From contig BJGQ01000011.1 in the NCBI GenBank assembly GCA_014190575.1, positions 5,009-69,008 on the forward strand: a stretch of 64,000 bases of DNA. Reading direction: 5' to 3'. The position numbers and the translations under genes were made by a program. Origin of the DNA: Bacteroidota bacterium (GTDB taxonomy: Bacteria; Bacteroidota; Bacteroidia; Chitinophagales; UBA10324). Shown one piece after another: positions 17,146-26,065 of the stretch; the stretch's first letter is position 1; each line of letters opens with the position of its first letter. The notes beneath the pieces are model-generated. The model was given only the letters and a program-made list of their open reading frames with translations. It ran no database searches and was not told where the DNA came from.

Positions 17146-19176
17146 CTATCTTCTGTTCGGGTCAACAATAATTTTCTTCGGTTCTTTCGAATCAATGGCC
17201 ATGGTTTCTCCGGTTACTTTAAAAGTAGTCCGACGGTTTTTCTGATGCTCTTCTTCAGTGCATTGAACACCACTCACACATTTATTCAGAATCATTGTTT
17301 CACCATAACCTTTAGCAGTAAGTCGGGTTTTATCAATTCCGTGTGCAGCTAAATAATCTACGCAACTCTGTGCGCGCTTTTGCGAGAGGTTCATGTTAAA
17401 ATTATCATAGCCTCGCGAATCGGTGTGTGAACCAAGCTCCACTTTCACTGTCGGATTTTCATTCAGCAGAGTTACTAATGTATCGAGCACCAATGCTGCA
17501 TCGGGGCGTATGTTCCACTTGTTATAATCGTAATAAATATTGCTGAGTGTGATTTGCACATTCTTGTAAATCTTATCCAACACTATTGTAACAGTTTCTT
17601 TCAGCGAGTCTTTATCACTCGATGAAAAACCAAGCGACGAAAAGTTTTCGCTTCTGCTGAAGTAATCATTTTTCGAAGCCGTGAGCTTCAATAATTTTTC
17701 CGGCTGAATGACGAAGGTGATTTTTCCCTGCGCATCTGTTACATACTTGTTCAGCGAATCCGTTTTTCCGGCAACAGTTATATCCAACACATTCACAGCT
17801 GCATTCGATAAAAATTTTGTCCCTGTAACAGTGCTGTTCGGGTCGTTCGCGTTTTCAAAAGTTTTTTCTTTCACCAGCACCTGCAACTGATAATATTTTA
17901 TGCGAGGCAATTCAAACGAATAAATATCATCATTGCCTTTTCCACCCGGGCGACTACTCGTGAACATCCCCATCTGCCGCACATCTTTTTTCTTTTCATC
18001 AGGCACCGGAAGAAATATCAAACCAAAATCATCGGCAGGCGAATTTATCGGCGAGCGTAAATTCAATGGGTTCATCCACTGCTTGCCAACCTTCCTTGCC
18101 GAAAAAATATCCAGTCCGCCCATACCCGGCTGACCATTGCTTGAGAAATATAATTTTCCATCTGCAGCTATAAATGGAAAAACTTCATCCCCTGTAGTGT
18201 TAATTCCAGGACCAAGATTCTGCGGCTCACTCCATGCACCATCAATGTTTCGTGTCACTACAAATAAATCCTTGCCGCCAAATCCTTCCTTCGTGTCACT
18301 GCTGAAATACAATTCATTTCCGGTTGCCGATAAAAATGGTTGCGACACATTCGTGCTGTCTTCATAAAACGGAATCGCCACCGGTTCATTCCATTCACCC
18401 AACTCATTCAGTGTGCTGCGAAAAATTTTACAGTAATCATTCGTGATATTATCAGTGCCGCATCGCGTAAAAAATATTTCATTGAAATCTTTATTGAAAC
18501 AAACCGCTCCCTCGTTGTACTTCGAATTAATAACGGCGCTCAGTGGCTGCGGAGTTTTATAACTGCCGCTTCCATCGGGCTGCGAATAAAACAAATCCGA
18601 AAATTTTTCTCCCGTCCATCCGTAGGTCTGTGTGCCGGCGGCATCGGTTCGGTCGCTTGTGAAAATAATGGCGCCGTCTTTATACAACACAGTTCCGTAA
18701 TCAAATGCAGCGGAGTTCAATGGCTCCACATTCTTCACCGCAGACGGCGAAGGATTTTTTTGCCAGTCGAGCGCCTGCTGCGTGCTCTTCAGTTGTTTTT
18801 TCGCATCATCGTTAAACGGATTTTGCTGCATGTATTCGTTAAACTGCTCAATCGCATCCTGGTACTTGCCGTTTGCCTTCAGCATAATCGCATAATCGTA
18901 AGTGGCAATGGCATCGTAGTTTAAACCCTGCGCGGTCTTGTACCAATGCTCGGCATCAATCGTTTGATTCGAATATCGGTAACACTCTGCAATCAGAAAA
19001 GCTTTGCGCGCCTTAATGGTGGGTTCCGGCTCCGCATCAAATTCATCCTTCAGTTTATCGGCGGCAACCGTAAATTTTTTTTCTTCATACAATGTTTCGC
19101 CGTCTTTTATTTTCTGAATTAAGAAGCACGATGAAAGAAATACAGTGAACGATAACAGAAAAAATATTCGCCGCAT
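17146..19176 (-). CDS. OmpA family protein (TPR + TolB-like beta-propeller + OmpA C-terminal domain)
   Basis: Lipobox LSSCF. TPR-like N-terminus. Repeated FFTS/YFSS..G.GG.DIF propeller blades. C-terminal NIYYDYNKWNIRPDA...ELGSHTDSRG...N..LSQKRA is an OmpA peptidoglycan-binding domain. Confidence 0.8.
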   Translation of the reverse strand: MRRIFFLLSFTVFLSSCFLIQKIKDGETLYEEKKFTVAADKLKDEFDAEPEPTIKARKAFLIAECYRYSNQTIDAEHWYKTAQGLNYDAIATYDYAIMLKANGKYQDAIEQFNEYMQQNPFNDDAKKQLKSTQQALDWQKNPSPSAVKNVEPLNSAAFDYGTVLYKDGAIIFTSDRTDAAGTQTYGWTGEKFSDLFYSQPDGSGSYKTPQPLSAVINSKYNEGAVCFNKDFNEIFFTRCGTDNITNDYCKIFRSTLNELGEWNEPVAIPFYEDSTNVSQPFLSATGNELYFSSDTKEGFGGKDLFVVTRNIDGAWSEPQNLGPGINTTGDEVFPFIAADGKLYFSSNGQPGMGGLDIFSARKVGKQWMNPLNLRSPINSPADDFGLIFLPVPDEKKKDVRQMGMFTSSRPGGKGNDDIYSFELPRIKYYQLQVLVKEKTFENANDPNSTVTGTKFLSNAAVNVLDITVAGKTDSLNKYVTDAQGKITFVIQPEKLLKLTASKNDYFSRSENFSSLGFSSSDKDSLKETVTIVLDKIYKNVQITLSNIYYDYNKWNIRPDAALVLDTLVTLLNENPTVKVELGSHTDSRGYDNFNMNLSQKRAQSCVDYLAAHGIDKTRLTAKGYGETMILNKCVSGVQCTEEEHQKNRRTTFKVTGETMAIDSKEPKKIIVDPNRR

Positions 19177-19238
19177 GGGTTCGGTGTGTGAGTGTTTTTG
19201 TTGCGTGTAAAGTTAACGAAAAAAGAACAGGAGTACTT

Positions 19239-19268
19239 GAAGCGTTGTCACACTGAGTTTATCGAAGT
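19239..19268 (-). repeat. 30-nt intergenic repeat, copy A (inverted relative to copy B)
   Basis: The reverse complement ACTTCGATAAACTCAGTGTGACAACGCTTC matches 21898-21927 at 26 of 30 positions. Confidence 0.7.
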
Positions 19269-19310
19269 GTAGGGTGTGCAGCCATTTTTTTGAATACAAA
19301 AAAATGCTCT

Positions 19311-19376
19311 CAGGCTTTCCGCTCCAAGTCCTCGCGCCCCTCTTCAAGGCAATGCTGTTGCAGGCTTTCCCTCAAG
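19311..19376 (+). repeat. short direct repeat pair
   Basis: CAGGCTTTCCGCTCCAAG (19311-19328) and CAGGCTTTCCCTCAAG (19361-19376). Confidence 0.5.
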
Positions 19377-19449
19377 AAAAAATTCTTAACTATTTTCCTT
19401 CTCCATTTTTTTGGAGATGTTGCCGAAAGTGGATGAGGTTGTAATCAAG

Positions 19450-19467
19450 GATAGGGATAGGGATAGG
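19450..19467 (+). repeat. hexanucleotide microsatellite (GATAGG)x3
   Basis: GATAGGGATAGGGATAGG followed by GTGAGG. Confidence 0.8.
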
Positions 19468-19705
19468 GTGAGGATGAGCCGTGCCTGTTTTTACGGTCAG
19501 AGCCAATCGCTGAAACGATTTTTTTGGTGCCTTTTTTATAAAAAAAAGTTATAGCCGATAATTATTAATTCGCCAAAAATATTTTGACGCTACTATGTCA
19601 CTCTTTCAGGTTTGATGTTGCTGTGATTTTATAATCCCTCGATTTCATTGGGGAATACTAACATTTCACCTATATGGTGAATATAAATAAAATCTGCGGC
19701 TTTCT

Positions 19706-20542
19706 TTATTTTACCGTTGAGGTCATAAAAGTTGCAAGTGCACTATAACCAGTTGAATCAACTTTTTCATTTCGAATATATGCCTGCACCTGAAATTCAT
19801 ACTTGGTGTCTGGTTTCAAGTTTACAAATGGTCTTTGATTACCTGGAGCTAGTACCGTTCCTGATATCCATGTTTCTGAACCTACTTCATGACAACGAAC
19901 TTTATATCTTATAGCATTCTCAACTGGAACCCACGAGGCCGTAACTGTTTTTGCAGAAACAATATTGGCATTTAATCCCGAAGGAACCTGAGTGAATGTA
20001 AATCCTTCAGGATTAAATTTCACCCGATTGGTAAGTACTTTCGTTTCCGTTAATTTAACCGGTACAGCATCTGATTGCGAAGCCGACTTTATAAAAGCCC
20101 TGGCTTCAATAATAACCGCCGATGAAAAAATTGTTAAAGGCATTGCAATTAAAAAATTGCGGTCAACCAACTTTTGCGACAATGTTTGATTTTTTGTAAT
20201 TGGAAAGATCGAAGTTAAATTTTCGTTCTTCACGAAATCAGTTATTCTTAATTCAATATTGGTTATTTCTTTGTTGTTAATTGAAATAAAATGTGCATAC
20301 AGACTATCGCCCATACTGTAAAAGTCAACCATGGCTTCTGAGGTTCTGTTTCCAATTGCAACTGGCGAAAATAATTGCAAGGTGTATTTTATTGAATTTG
20401 TTGGCGTTGCATTAACAGAATTTTTCAATTCAAAAAGTGGAAATAAAAACAGGCAGCATAATGTATAGAAACCGAAAATGAGTAATTTATTTGTTAAATT
20501 CTTTTTTGTTTTTCCGCATATTATCCTAGTGTTTTGATTCAT
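19706..20542 (-). CDS. hypothetical membrane-anchored/secreted protein with C-terminal fibronectin type III domain
   Basis: N-terminal hydrophobic segment. C-terminal VTASWVPVENAIRYKVRCHE...LKPDTKYEFQVQAY is FN3-like. Confidence 0.45.
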   Translation of the reverse strand: MNQNTRIICGKTKKNLTNKLLIFGFYTLCCLFLFPLFELKNSVNATPTNSIKYTLQLFSPVAIGNRTSEAMVDFYSMGDSLYAHFISINNKEITNIELRITDFVKNENLTSIFPITKNQTLSQKLVDRNFLIAMPLTIFSSAVIIEARAFIKSASQSDAVPVKLTETKVLTNRVKFNPEGFTFTQVPSGLNANIVSAKTVTASWVPVENAIRYKVRCHEVGSETWISGTVLAPGNQRPFVNLKPDTKYEFQVQAYIRNEKVDSTGYSALATFMTSTVK

Positions 20543-20728
20543 TTTTCTGACATTTTATTTTCATCCTTACGCCATGATATTTTATATGTTTCCTGAATTC
20601 TCAGACCTTTGTTATCGAGCTAGCCTCTCGTAAATTCGATAAAAAAAAGTACATTTTATCCGAAAACCCAAACTGATAAACTCTGCATAAACAAACCAAT
20701 AAACTATTCAACCAATGAACTATAAAAT

Positions 20729-20736
20729 TACATTTG
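20729..20736 (+). promoter_or_regulatory. -7 promoter box for the acyl-CoA dehydrogenase gene
   Basis: TACATTTG, 18 nt upstream of the ATG. Confidence 0.45.
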
Positions 20737-20753
20737 CCAAAAAATAACCAGGA

Positions 20754-21896
20754 ATGGAATTTACTGTTACGGAGAATCATAAATTAATAGAACAATCTGC
20801 ACGCGACTTTGCGGAAAAATATATTCGTCTGCATGTGATGGAGTGGGATGAGGTGCAGCATTTTCCGAAAGATTTATTTAAGCAATTGGGTGAGCATGGT
20901 TTCCTGGGAGTGCTGGTGCCTGAAAATTATGGAGGTGCCGGACTCGGTTATTTTGAATACATAACGGTGATAACTGAAATTGCAAAGGTGTGCGGCTCCA
21001 TCGGGTTGTCGGTGGCGGCGCATAATTCGCTTTGCACGGGGCACATACTGCAGCACGCGAGCGAGGAGCAGAAGAAAAAATATTTGCCGAAACTGGCGAC
21101 CGGTCAGTGGCTGGGTGCCTGGGGATTAACGGAACCGAACACGGGTTCGGATGCGGGCAACATGAAAACCACCGCGAAGAAGGAAGGCAGCGAGTGGGTG
21201 TTGAACGGAACCAAGTGCTGGATAACGCACGGCAACAGCAGTGATGTGATGGTGGTGATTGCGCGCACAGGTGAGGCGGGCGACTCGCACGGTATGAGTG
21301 CTTTTATAGTGGAGCGCGGAACAGCGGGATTGAGTGCAGGAAAAAAAGAAAACAAATTGGGCATGCGCGCTTCGGAAACCACTGAAGTGATTTTTGATAA
21401 CTGCCGTATTCCATTGGAGAATTTAATTGGGAAGGAAGGTGATGGATTTATACAGTCGATGAAGGTGCTGGATGGCGGACGAATTTCGATTGCGGCGCTT
21501 GCACTTGGCATTGCGAAGGGTGCTTATGAAGCTTCGATAAAATATTCGAAGGAGCGTCACCAGTTCAATCAACCGATTTCGCATTTTCAGGGAATTGCTT
21601 TTAAGATTGCGGATATGAAAGCGCAGATTGAAGCTGCTGAATTACTGACACTGCAAGCAGCGGATATGAAGAACCGCGGCGAGAAAATGACAAAGCAAGC
21701 TGCGATGGCGAAGTATTATGCATCAGAAGTTTCAGTAAAAGTTTCGACCGATGCGGTGCAGATTTTCGGGGGCTATGGTTACACAAAAGATTTTCCGGTA
21801 GAGAAATATTACCGCGATTCGAAGTTGTGTACGATTGGTGAAGGCACTTCGGAAATTCAGAAGATTGTGATTGCTAAGAGTGTGTTACATTCGTAA
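20754..21896 (+). CDS. acyl-CoA dehydrogenase (short/branched-chain type)
   Basis: WGLTEPNTGSDA, GGYGYTKDFPVEKYYRDSK and TIGEGTSEIQ motifs; 380 aa. Confidence 0.9.
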   Translation: MEFTVTENHKLIEQSARDFAEKYIRLHVMEWDEVQHFPKDLFKQLGEHGFLGVLVPENYGGAGLGYFEYITVITEIAKVCGSIGLSVAAHNSLCTGHILQHASEEQKKKYLPKLATGQWLGAWGLTEPNTGSDAGNMKTTAKKEGSEWVLNGTKCWITHGNSSDVMVVIARTGEAGDSHGMSAFIVERGTAGLSAGKKENKLGMRASETTEVIFDNCRIPLENLIGKEGDGFIQSMKVLDGGRISIAALALGIAKGAYEASIKYSKERHQFNQPISHFQGIAFKIADMKAQIEAAELLTLQAADMKNRGEKMTKQAAMAKYYASEVSVKVSTDAVQIFGGYGYTKDFPVEKYYRDSKLCTIGEGTSEIQKIVIAKSVLHS

Positions 21897-21897
21897 T

Positions 21898-21927
21898 ACT
21901 TCGACAAACTCTGTGTGACAGCACTTC
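21898..21927 (+). repeat. 30-nt intergenic repeat, copy B
   Basis: ACTTCGACAAACTCTGTGTGACAGCACTTC begins 2 nt after the acyl-CoA dehydrogenase stop codon. Confidence 0.7.
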
Positions 21928-22006
21928 GTCATGCTTATAGTGAAAGATGATGTTAAGCTTTCCGAAACATGAGCCAGTAGAAGATAATGAATACACTGAT
22001 TATTTT

Positions 22007-22035
22007 CTTCTGAGATAATTTCAGAAGTTATTATT
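22007..22035 (+). terminator. weak hairpin downstream of the acyl-CoA dehydrogenase gene
   Basis: CTTCTGA-gataatt-TCAGAAG followed by TTATTATT. The stem is short. Confidence 0.3.
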
Positions 22036-22055
22036 AATTCAATCTGTAACTTTAT

Positions 22056-23201
22056 TTATTTCGAAAAGAATTTCTTATTCAAACTTTCAAAGGATGGTGT
22101 GGAATGGTAGTGCCACATGCCCATTACAGTTGAACCTTTCATAAGCATAATGCCGGGGTTACTGCGAATCATAGTTTTTAAAACAACACCATCACAGTAA
22201 TAAAAAGGAAAAGCAGCATTCACTTCGTGCCGAAATGGATCGGTAAACTCATAATCAGTTGAGGTTAATGCAATGGTTTTTACTCCATGTGCATCGCAAT
22301 CATTTGCAAGTTTTACAATTTTATCAAACGCTCCTTTATCTGCCTTAGTTAAATCGTAACTGATAATCCACAAATGATAAGTGGGGTCATCTAAAATTTC
22401 AGCAGTGATATCAGGACTCTCTTCGCTCCATACTTTAAAGTCGGTGATTTTTGGTTTATCGCCTTCAACAATAATTTGTTTATCCTGCTTTACAAATTCA
22501 TGATTGGCCATCCAAACTGAATCGGTGTATGGAAGTTCATTCATTAAATACCCTTTTTCTTCATTGGTAGTTTTGTCTTTGTAAACCAATTTTAAAACCA
22601 TGCTGTCGCGCTTTGCTCCCGGAGCTAAGGTCATTTGCTCGCGCAGATTGTTTCCGATTTTGTAAGCACGAAAATCAATAACAGGAAGGTAGTTGTAACA
22701 AATTACAGTGAACAAAGTTGGAATAAGTACAGCCATTGAAACATGAAACCAACTCCATTTTAAACTGAAAATTGGTGAAATTCTTTTGCGATAAATAAAA
22801 ATTACCAGAATAAAAACCAGCAATACAATATCCTTCGTAAACGAAGTCCATGGAGTGAGGTGAAGAAAATCGCCGAAGCAACCGCAATCACTAACAGCTC
22901 CTGTAATAGCACTGTAACCTGTAAGGAATGTAAAAAATACAATCAATAATATGAGCGACCACGCTGTGAATTCCATGAACTCGCCAAGCAAAACCATAAC
23001 TCCCAGGGCAATTTCCAAAACACAAATTCCCATTGCCATGTAAACAGTTAACGGAATTAAAAACGGCATGTGAAAAATCTCGAAGTACTCATCGAGTTTG
23101 TATGAAAACCCTAGCGGGTCATTTGCTTTTATAAATCCTGAAAAAATGAACAGGCATCCAACAAAAATTCTGGAAAATGTAATTGCTGTTTTTCTCATCA
23201 T
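22056..23201 (-). CDS. DoxX-like membrane protein with C-terminal soluble domain
   Basis: The N-terminus FSRIFVGCLFIFSGFIKANDPLGFSYKLDEYF plus 4-5 transmembrane helices is DoxX/MauE-like. A ~200 aa C-terminal extension follows. Confidence 0.55.
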   Translation of the reverse strand: MMRKTAITFSRIFVGCLFIFSGFIKANDPLGFSYKLDEYFEIFHMPFLIPLTVYMAMGICVLEIALGVMVLLGEFMEFTAWSLILLIVFFTFLTGYSAITGAVSDCGCFGDFLHLTPWTSFTKDIVLLVFILVIFIYRKRISPIFSLKWSWFHVSMAVLIPTLFTVICYNYLPVIDFRAYKIGNNLREQMTLAPGAKRDSMVLKLVYKDKTTNEEKGYLMNELPYTDSVWMANHEFVKQDKQIIVEGDKPKITDFKVWSEESPDITAEILDDPTYHLWIISYDLTKADKGAFDKIVKLANDCDAHGVKTIALTSTDYEFTDPFRHEVNAAFPFYYCDGVVLKTMIRSNPGIMLMKGSTVMGMWHYHSTPSFESLNKKFFSK

Positions 23202-23259
23202 TGTTAAATCAGTTTAGGGATTGCGAGTTAACTAAAATCATTCCTGATTTTCAAATAAA

Positions 23260-23811
23260 TTATTTCTGTTTCGCTTCTTCTATTTTTATCAAAGCGAAAA
23301 CCGCATAGTTAATAGTATCAAAAAGATTGGCATCAATACCTTCACTCATTATTGTTTTGCCAAGGTTATCTTCAATTTGCCGGATGCGCATGATGCGCAT
23401 AAGAATTAAATCGGTGAATGATGAAATACGCATATCACGCCACGCTTCGCCGTAATCATGATTTTTATCGAGCATTAAATTTTTTGCAGCTTCCACTTTT
23501 TTATTGAATAAATCGAGAGCTGCTTCCACACTTATTTCTTTTCCGCTATCGTCGTTGAGTTCCAATTGTATCAATGCAATCACACTGTAATTTACAATGC
23601 CGATGAATTCGCTGTCCATCTCTTCATTCACTTTCATGTTTCCTTTCAGGTCAATGGTACGAATGCGATTGGCCTTGATAAAAATCTGATCTGTAATGGA
23701 TGGTAATCGCATGACTCGCCAACTAGTTCCGTAATCTTTTGTTTTAGCTTCAAAAACTTTACGGCAATGGGTAATGACTTCGTTATATTGGTTGATTGTT
23801 TTTTCTGACAA
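23260..23811 (-). CDS. DUF1599 domain protein (two internal repeats)
   Basis: DYGTSWRVMRLPSITDQIFIKANRIRTI and DYGEAWRDMRISSFTDLILMRIMRIRQI are two DUF1599-type repeats. The gene is divergent from folP. Confidence 0.7.
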   Translation of the reverse strand: MSEKTINQYNEVITHCRKVFEAKTKDYGTSWRVMRLPSITDQIFIKANRIRTIDLKGNMKVNEEMDSEFIGIVNYSVIALIQLELNDDSGKEISVEAALDLFNKKVEAAKNLMLDKNHDYGEAWRDMRISSFTDLILMRIMRIRQIEDNLGKTIMSEGIDANLFDTINYAVFALIKIEEAKQK

Positions 23812-23823
23812 GTTATTCTGAGT

Positions 23824-23849
23824 TTTGCGGTGTATTTATGAGCCGCAAA
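23824..23849. promoter_or_regulatory. inverted repeat in the DUF1599/folP divergent promoter region
   Basis: TTTGCGG-12 nt-CCGCAAA lies between the DUF1599 start (23811) and the folP ATG (23867). Confidence 0.3.
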
Positions 23850-23866
23850 TTAAAAGATTAAATGTG

Positions 23867-24700
23867 ATGCGAACACTCAATTGCAACGGAAAATTATTTG
23901 TATTGGAAGACCCCATAGTGATGGGAATTCTAAATACGACTCCTGATTCATTTTTTGATGGAGGAAAATTTTTTTCTGAAAAAGAAATTTTTGCACATGC
24001 GGAAAAGATGATTGCTGATGGAGCAACCATTATTGATGTGGGTGGACAAAGTACTCGTCCGAAAGCTGAACCGATTTCGGTGGAAGAAGAATTGAAAAGA
24101 GTAATTCCGGTTATAAAATTGATTCATAATAAATTTCCTGATCAACTGATTTCTATTGATACTTTTTATTCTGAAGTTGCAGTAAATGCCGTTGAATCAG
24201 GAGCATCAATTATTAATGATGTTTCAGGAGGATGCATTGATGAAAAAATGTTTTCTATTGCTGCAAAATTGCATGTGCCATACATTTTAATGCACATGCA
24301 GGGCACACCGGAAACCATGCAGCAAAATCCGGATTATGGAAGTGTAGTGAAAGAAGTAAAAGAATTTTTCAAACAAAAAATTCCATTGCTTCGAGATGCA
24401 GGAGTGAATGATATTATTCTGGATGTTGGTTTTGGTTTCGGGAAAAATACGGAGCATAATTATTCGTTACTCAAACATTTAAAAGACTTCAACATTTTTG
24501 AATTACCCATGCTTGTTGGATTTTCTCGTAAGTCAATGATAAACCGCATGTTGAAAACAACACCTGAAGATGCATTGAACGGAACCACTGTTTTAAATAC
24601 CATTGCACTGATGAATGGTGCTTCGATATTGCGCGTTCACGATGTAAAAGAAGCAATGCAAGCCATTATACTTTTTAAAAAATACCATGCTGCTGATTAA
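23867..24700 (+). CDS. folP: dihydropteroate synthase
   Basis: GILNTTPDSFFDGG, IIDVGGQSTRP, NDVSGG, DVGFGFGK and GFSRKS. I prefer the ATG at 23867 over the TTG at 23825. Confidence 0.9.
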   Translation: MRTLNCNGKLFVLEDPIVMGILNTTPDSFFDGGKFFSEKEIFAHAEKMIADGATIIDVGGQSTRPKAEPISVEEELKRVIPVIKLIHNKFPDQLISIDTFYSEVAVNAVESGASIINDVSGGCIDEKMFSIAAKLHVPYILMHMQGTPETMQQNPDYGSVVKEVKEFFKQKIPLLRDAGVNDIILDVGFGFGKNTEHNYSLLKHLKDFNIFELPMLVGFSRKSMINRMLKTTPEDALNGTTVLNTIALMNGASILRVHDVKEAMQAIILFKKYHAAD

Positions 24701-25496
24701 ATTGTTCGGTCACAATTTCGATTATTCCATTACCGATACAGTGGATTTGCTGCTCGTATTAATTCTAATATATTGGTTGTACAGAAGAATCCGTGGCACA
24801 CTTGGAATCAATATGTTTCTCGGCATGGTGGTGATTTATGGTGGCTACAGATTGGTTCGATATTTCAAACTTGATATTCTTACTGATGTGCTTGGGCATT
24901 TTGTAAGCGCAGGAGTCATTGTCATCATCATTGTGTTTCAACCTGAAATCAGAAAATTTTTATTGAGTCTCGGAAATGTGAATGTGCTGGAGCGATATAA
25001 AATTTTTAAGAATTTACCATTCAATAAAAAACAACGGACACGGCAACAGGAAACAACTATCAAAGAAATTATTCGTGCGTTGGAAAACCTATCATCTACA
25101 AAAACCGGAGCTCTAATAGTTTTCACCGACCATTTTCGTTTGCAGGATTTACCTAATCCGGGAGTGCAATTGCAATCGCACATTTCAGAAAAATTATTGG
25201 AAAGTATTTTTAATAAGAACAGCCCGTTGCACGATGGCGCTGTAATTATTGCCAATCAGCGAATCATTTATGCGGGGAGTGTATTGCCGGTTTCCGAGAG
25301 TATGGAATTGCCGGAGCGCATTGGTTTGCGTCACCGCTCTGCCGTTGGTATCACCGAAAATTCTGATGCCATATCAGTTATTGTTTCAGAAGAAAGCGGT
25401 CACATCAGTTTTGCGCGCGATGGAAAACTCAAACAGAATTTATCTAAGGAAGAAACACTGAAACTCATTACTGATTTAATTATTGGAAAGATTTAA
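24687..25496 (+). CDS. cdaA: diadenylate cyclase (c-di-AMP synthase, CdaA type)
   Basis: Three N-terminal transmembrane helices, then a DAC domain with GALIVF, HDGAVII, RHRSAVGITE and SEESGHISF. It overlaps the folP stop by 14 nt. Confidence 0.85.
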   Translation: MLLIKLFGHNFDYSITDTVDLLLVLILIYWLYRRIRGTLGINMFLGMVVIYGGYRLVRYFKLDILTDVLGHFVSAGVIVIIIVFQPEIRKFLLSLGNVNVLERYKIFKNLPFNKKQRTRQQETTIKEIIRALENLSSTKTGALIVFTDHFRLQDLPNPGVQLQSHISEKLLESIFNKNSPLHDGAVIIANQRIIYAGSVLPVSESMELPERIGLRHRSAVGITENSDAISVIVSEESGHISFARDGKLKQNLSKEETLKLITDLIIGKI

Positions 25497-25569
25497 AATT
25501 TCTAATAGCAAATAGCAAATCGAAGTTCTAATTTTAAATTAAGTGGAACAATTAATGGAAATAAAATCC

Positions 25570-25935
25570 CTAATACTTCTTCCTTTGCTCTTTCAATTTT
25601 TTTCCTTCATATTCTGCCAATACAAATTGCAGCCATTCAAAAATCTGTTCTTCTTTTTCAATATACAAATCTGCTTTAACAAAAAATTCTTTAATCGCAC
25701 TACGCTCTTGTTCACTTGTTTTTTTGTCTTTCAGTTTTTGGTTATTTAGAAATTTTAACTGAGCGAGTTTGAACAAATTTGCTTTTGTACTCTTCCAACC
25801 GTTGTATGATTTTTCTTCATCGACGCTTATAAAAGTTCCATCTTTTTCTTTCCGCGCTACTTCGGCAATTAACTGATTGCAGATTTTTACAATCTTCTTT
25901 TCAAGCTGCGATAACTGTTTTTCTGATTCTTCCAT
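25570..25935 (-). CDS. hypothetical protein (charged, helical)
   Basis: Single long ORF in this gap. No recognisable motif. Confidence 0.35.
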   Translation of the reverse strand: MEESEKQLSQLEKKIVKICNQLIAEVARKEKDGTFISVDEEKSYNGWKSTKANLFKLAQLKFLNNQKLKDKKTSEQERSAIKEFFVKADLYIEKEEQIFEWLQFVLAEYEGKKLKEQRKKY

Positions 25936-25997
25936 GATGAAACCAAAATTAATTCTTCAAAAATATTTTCAATCAATTAAACATTGAATTTATTGAA

Positions 25998-26029
25998 TAA
26001 AAAAACCGCTCTCTTTCGAAAGCGGTTTT
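25998..26029 (-). terminator. intrinsic terminator of ahcY
   Basis: AACCGCT...AGCGGTT stem. The reverse strand reads stem followed by TTTTTTT. Confidence 0.7.
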
Positions 26030-26065
26030 GAAAATCTGAAATCTTAAAAGCTAAAAGCTAAAAAT

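Noticed and set aside
18340-18924. 194-aa ORF on the + strand. Similar long antisense ORFs occur at 21104-21511, 13925-14338, 12414-12752, 11868-12206 and 52486-52977.
   Set aside because: Each lies entirely antisense to a well-supported gene (OmpA-family, acyl-CoA dehydrogenase, YkuK-like, POT transporter, SBBP protein). Their translations are low-complexity with no motifs. The longest ones coincide with GC-rich stretches, where stop codons are rare by chance.
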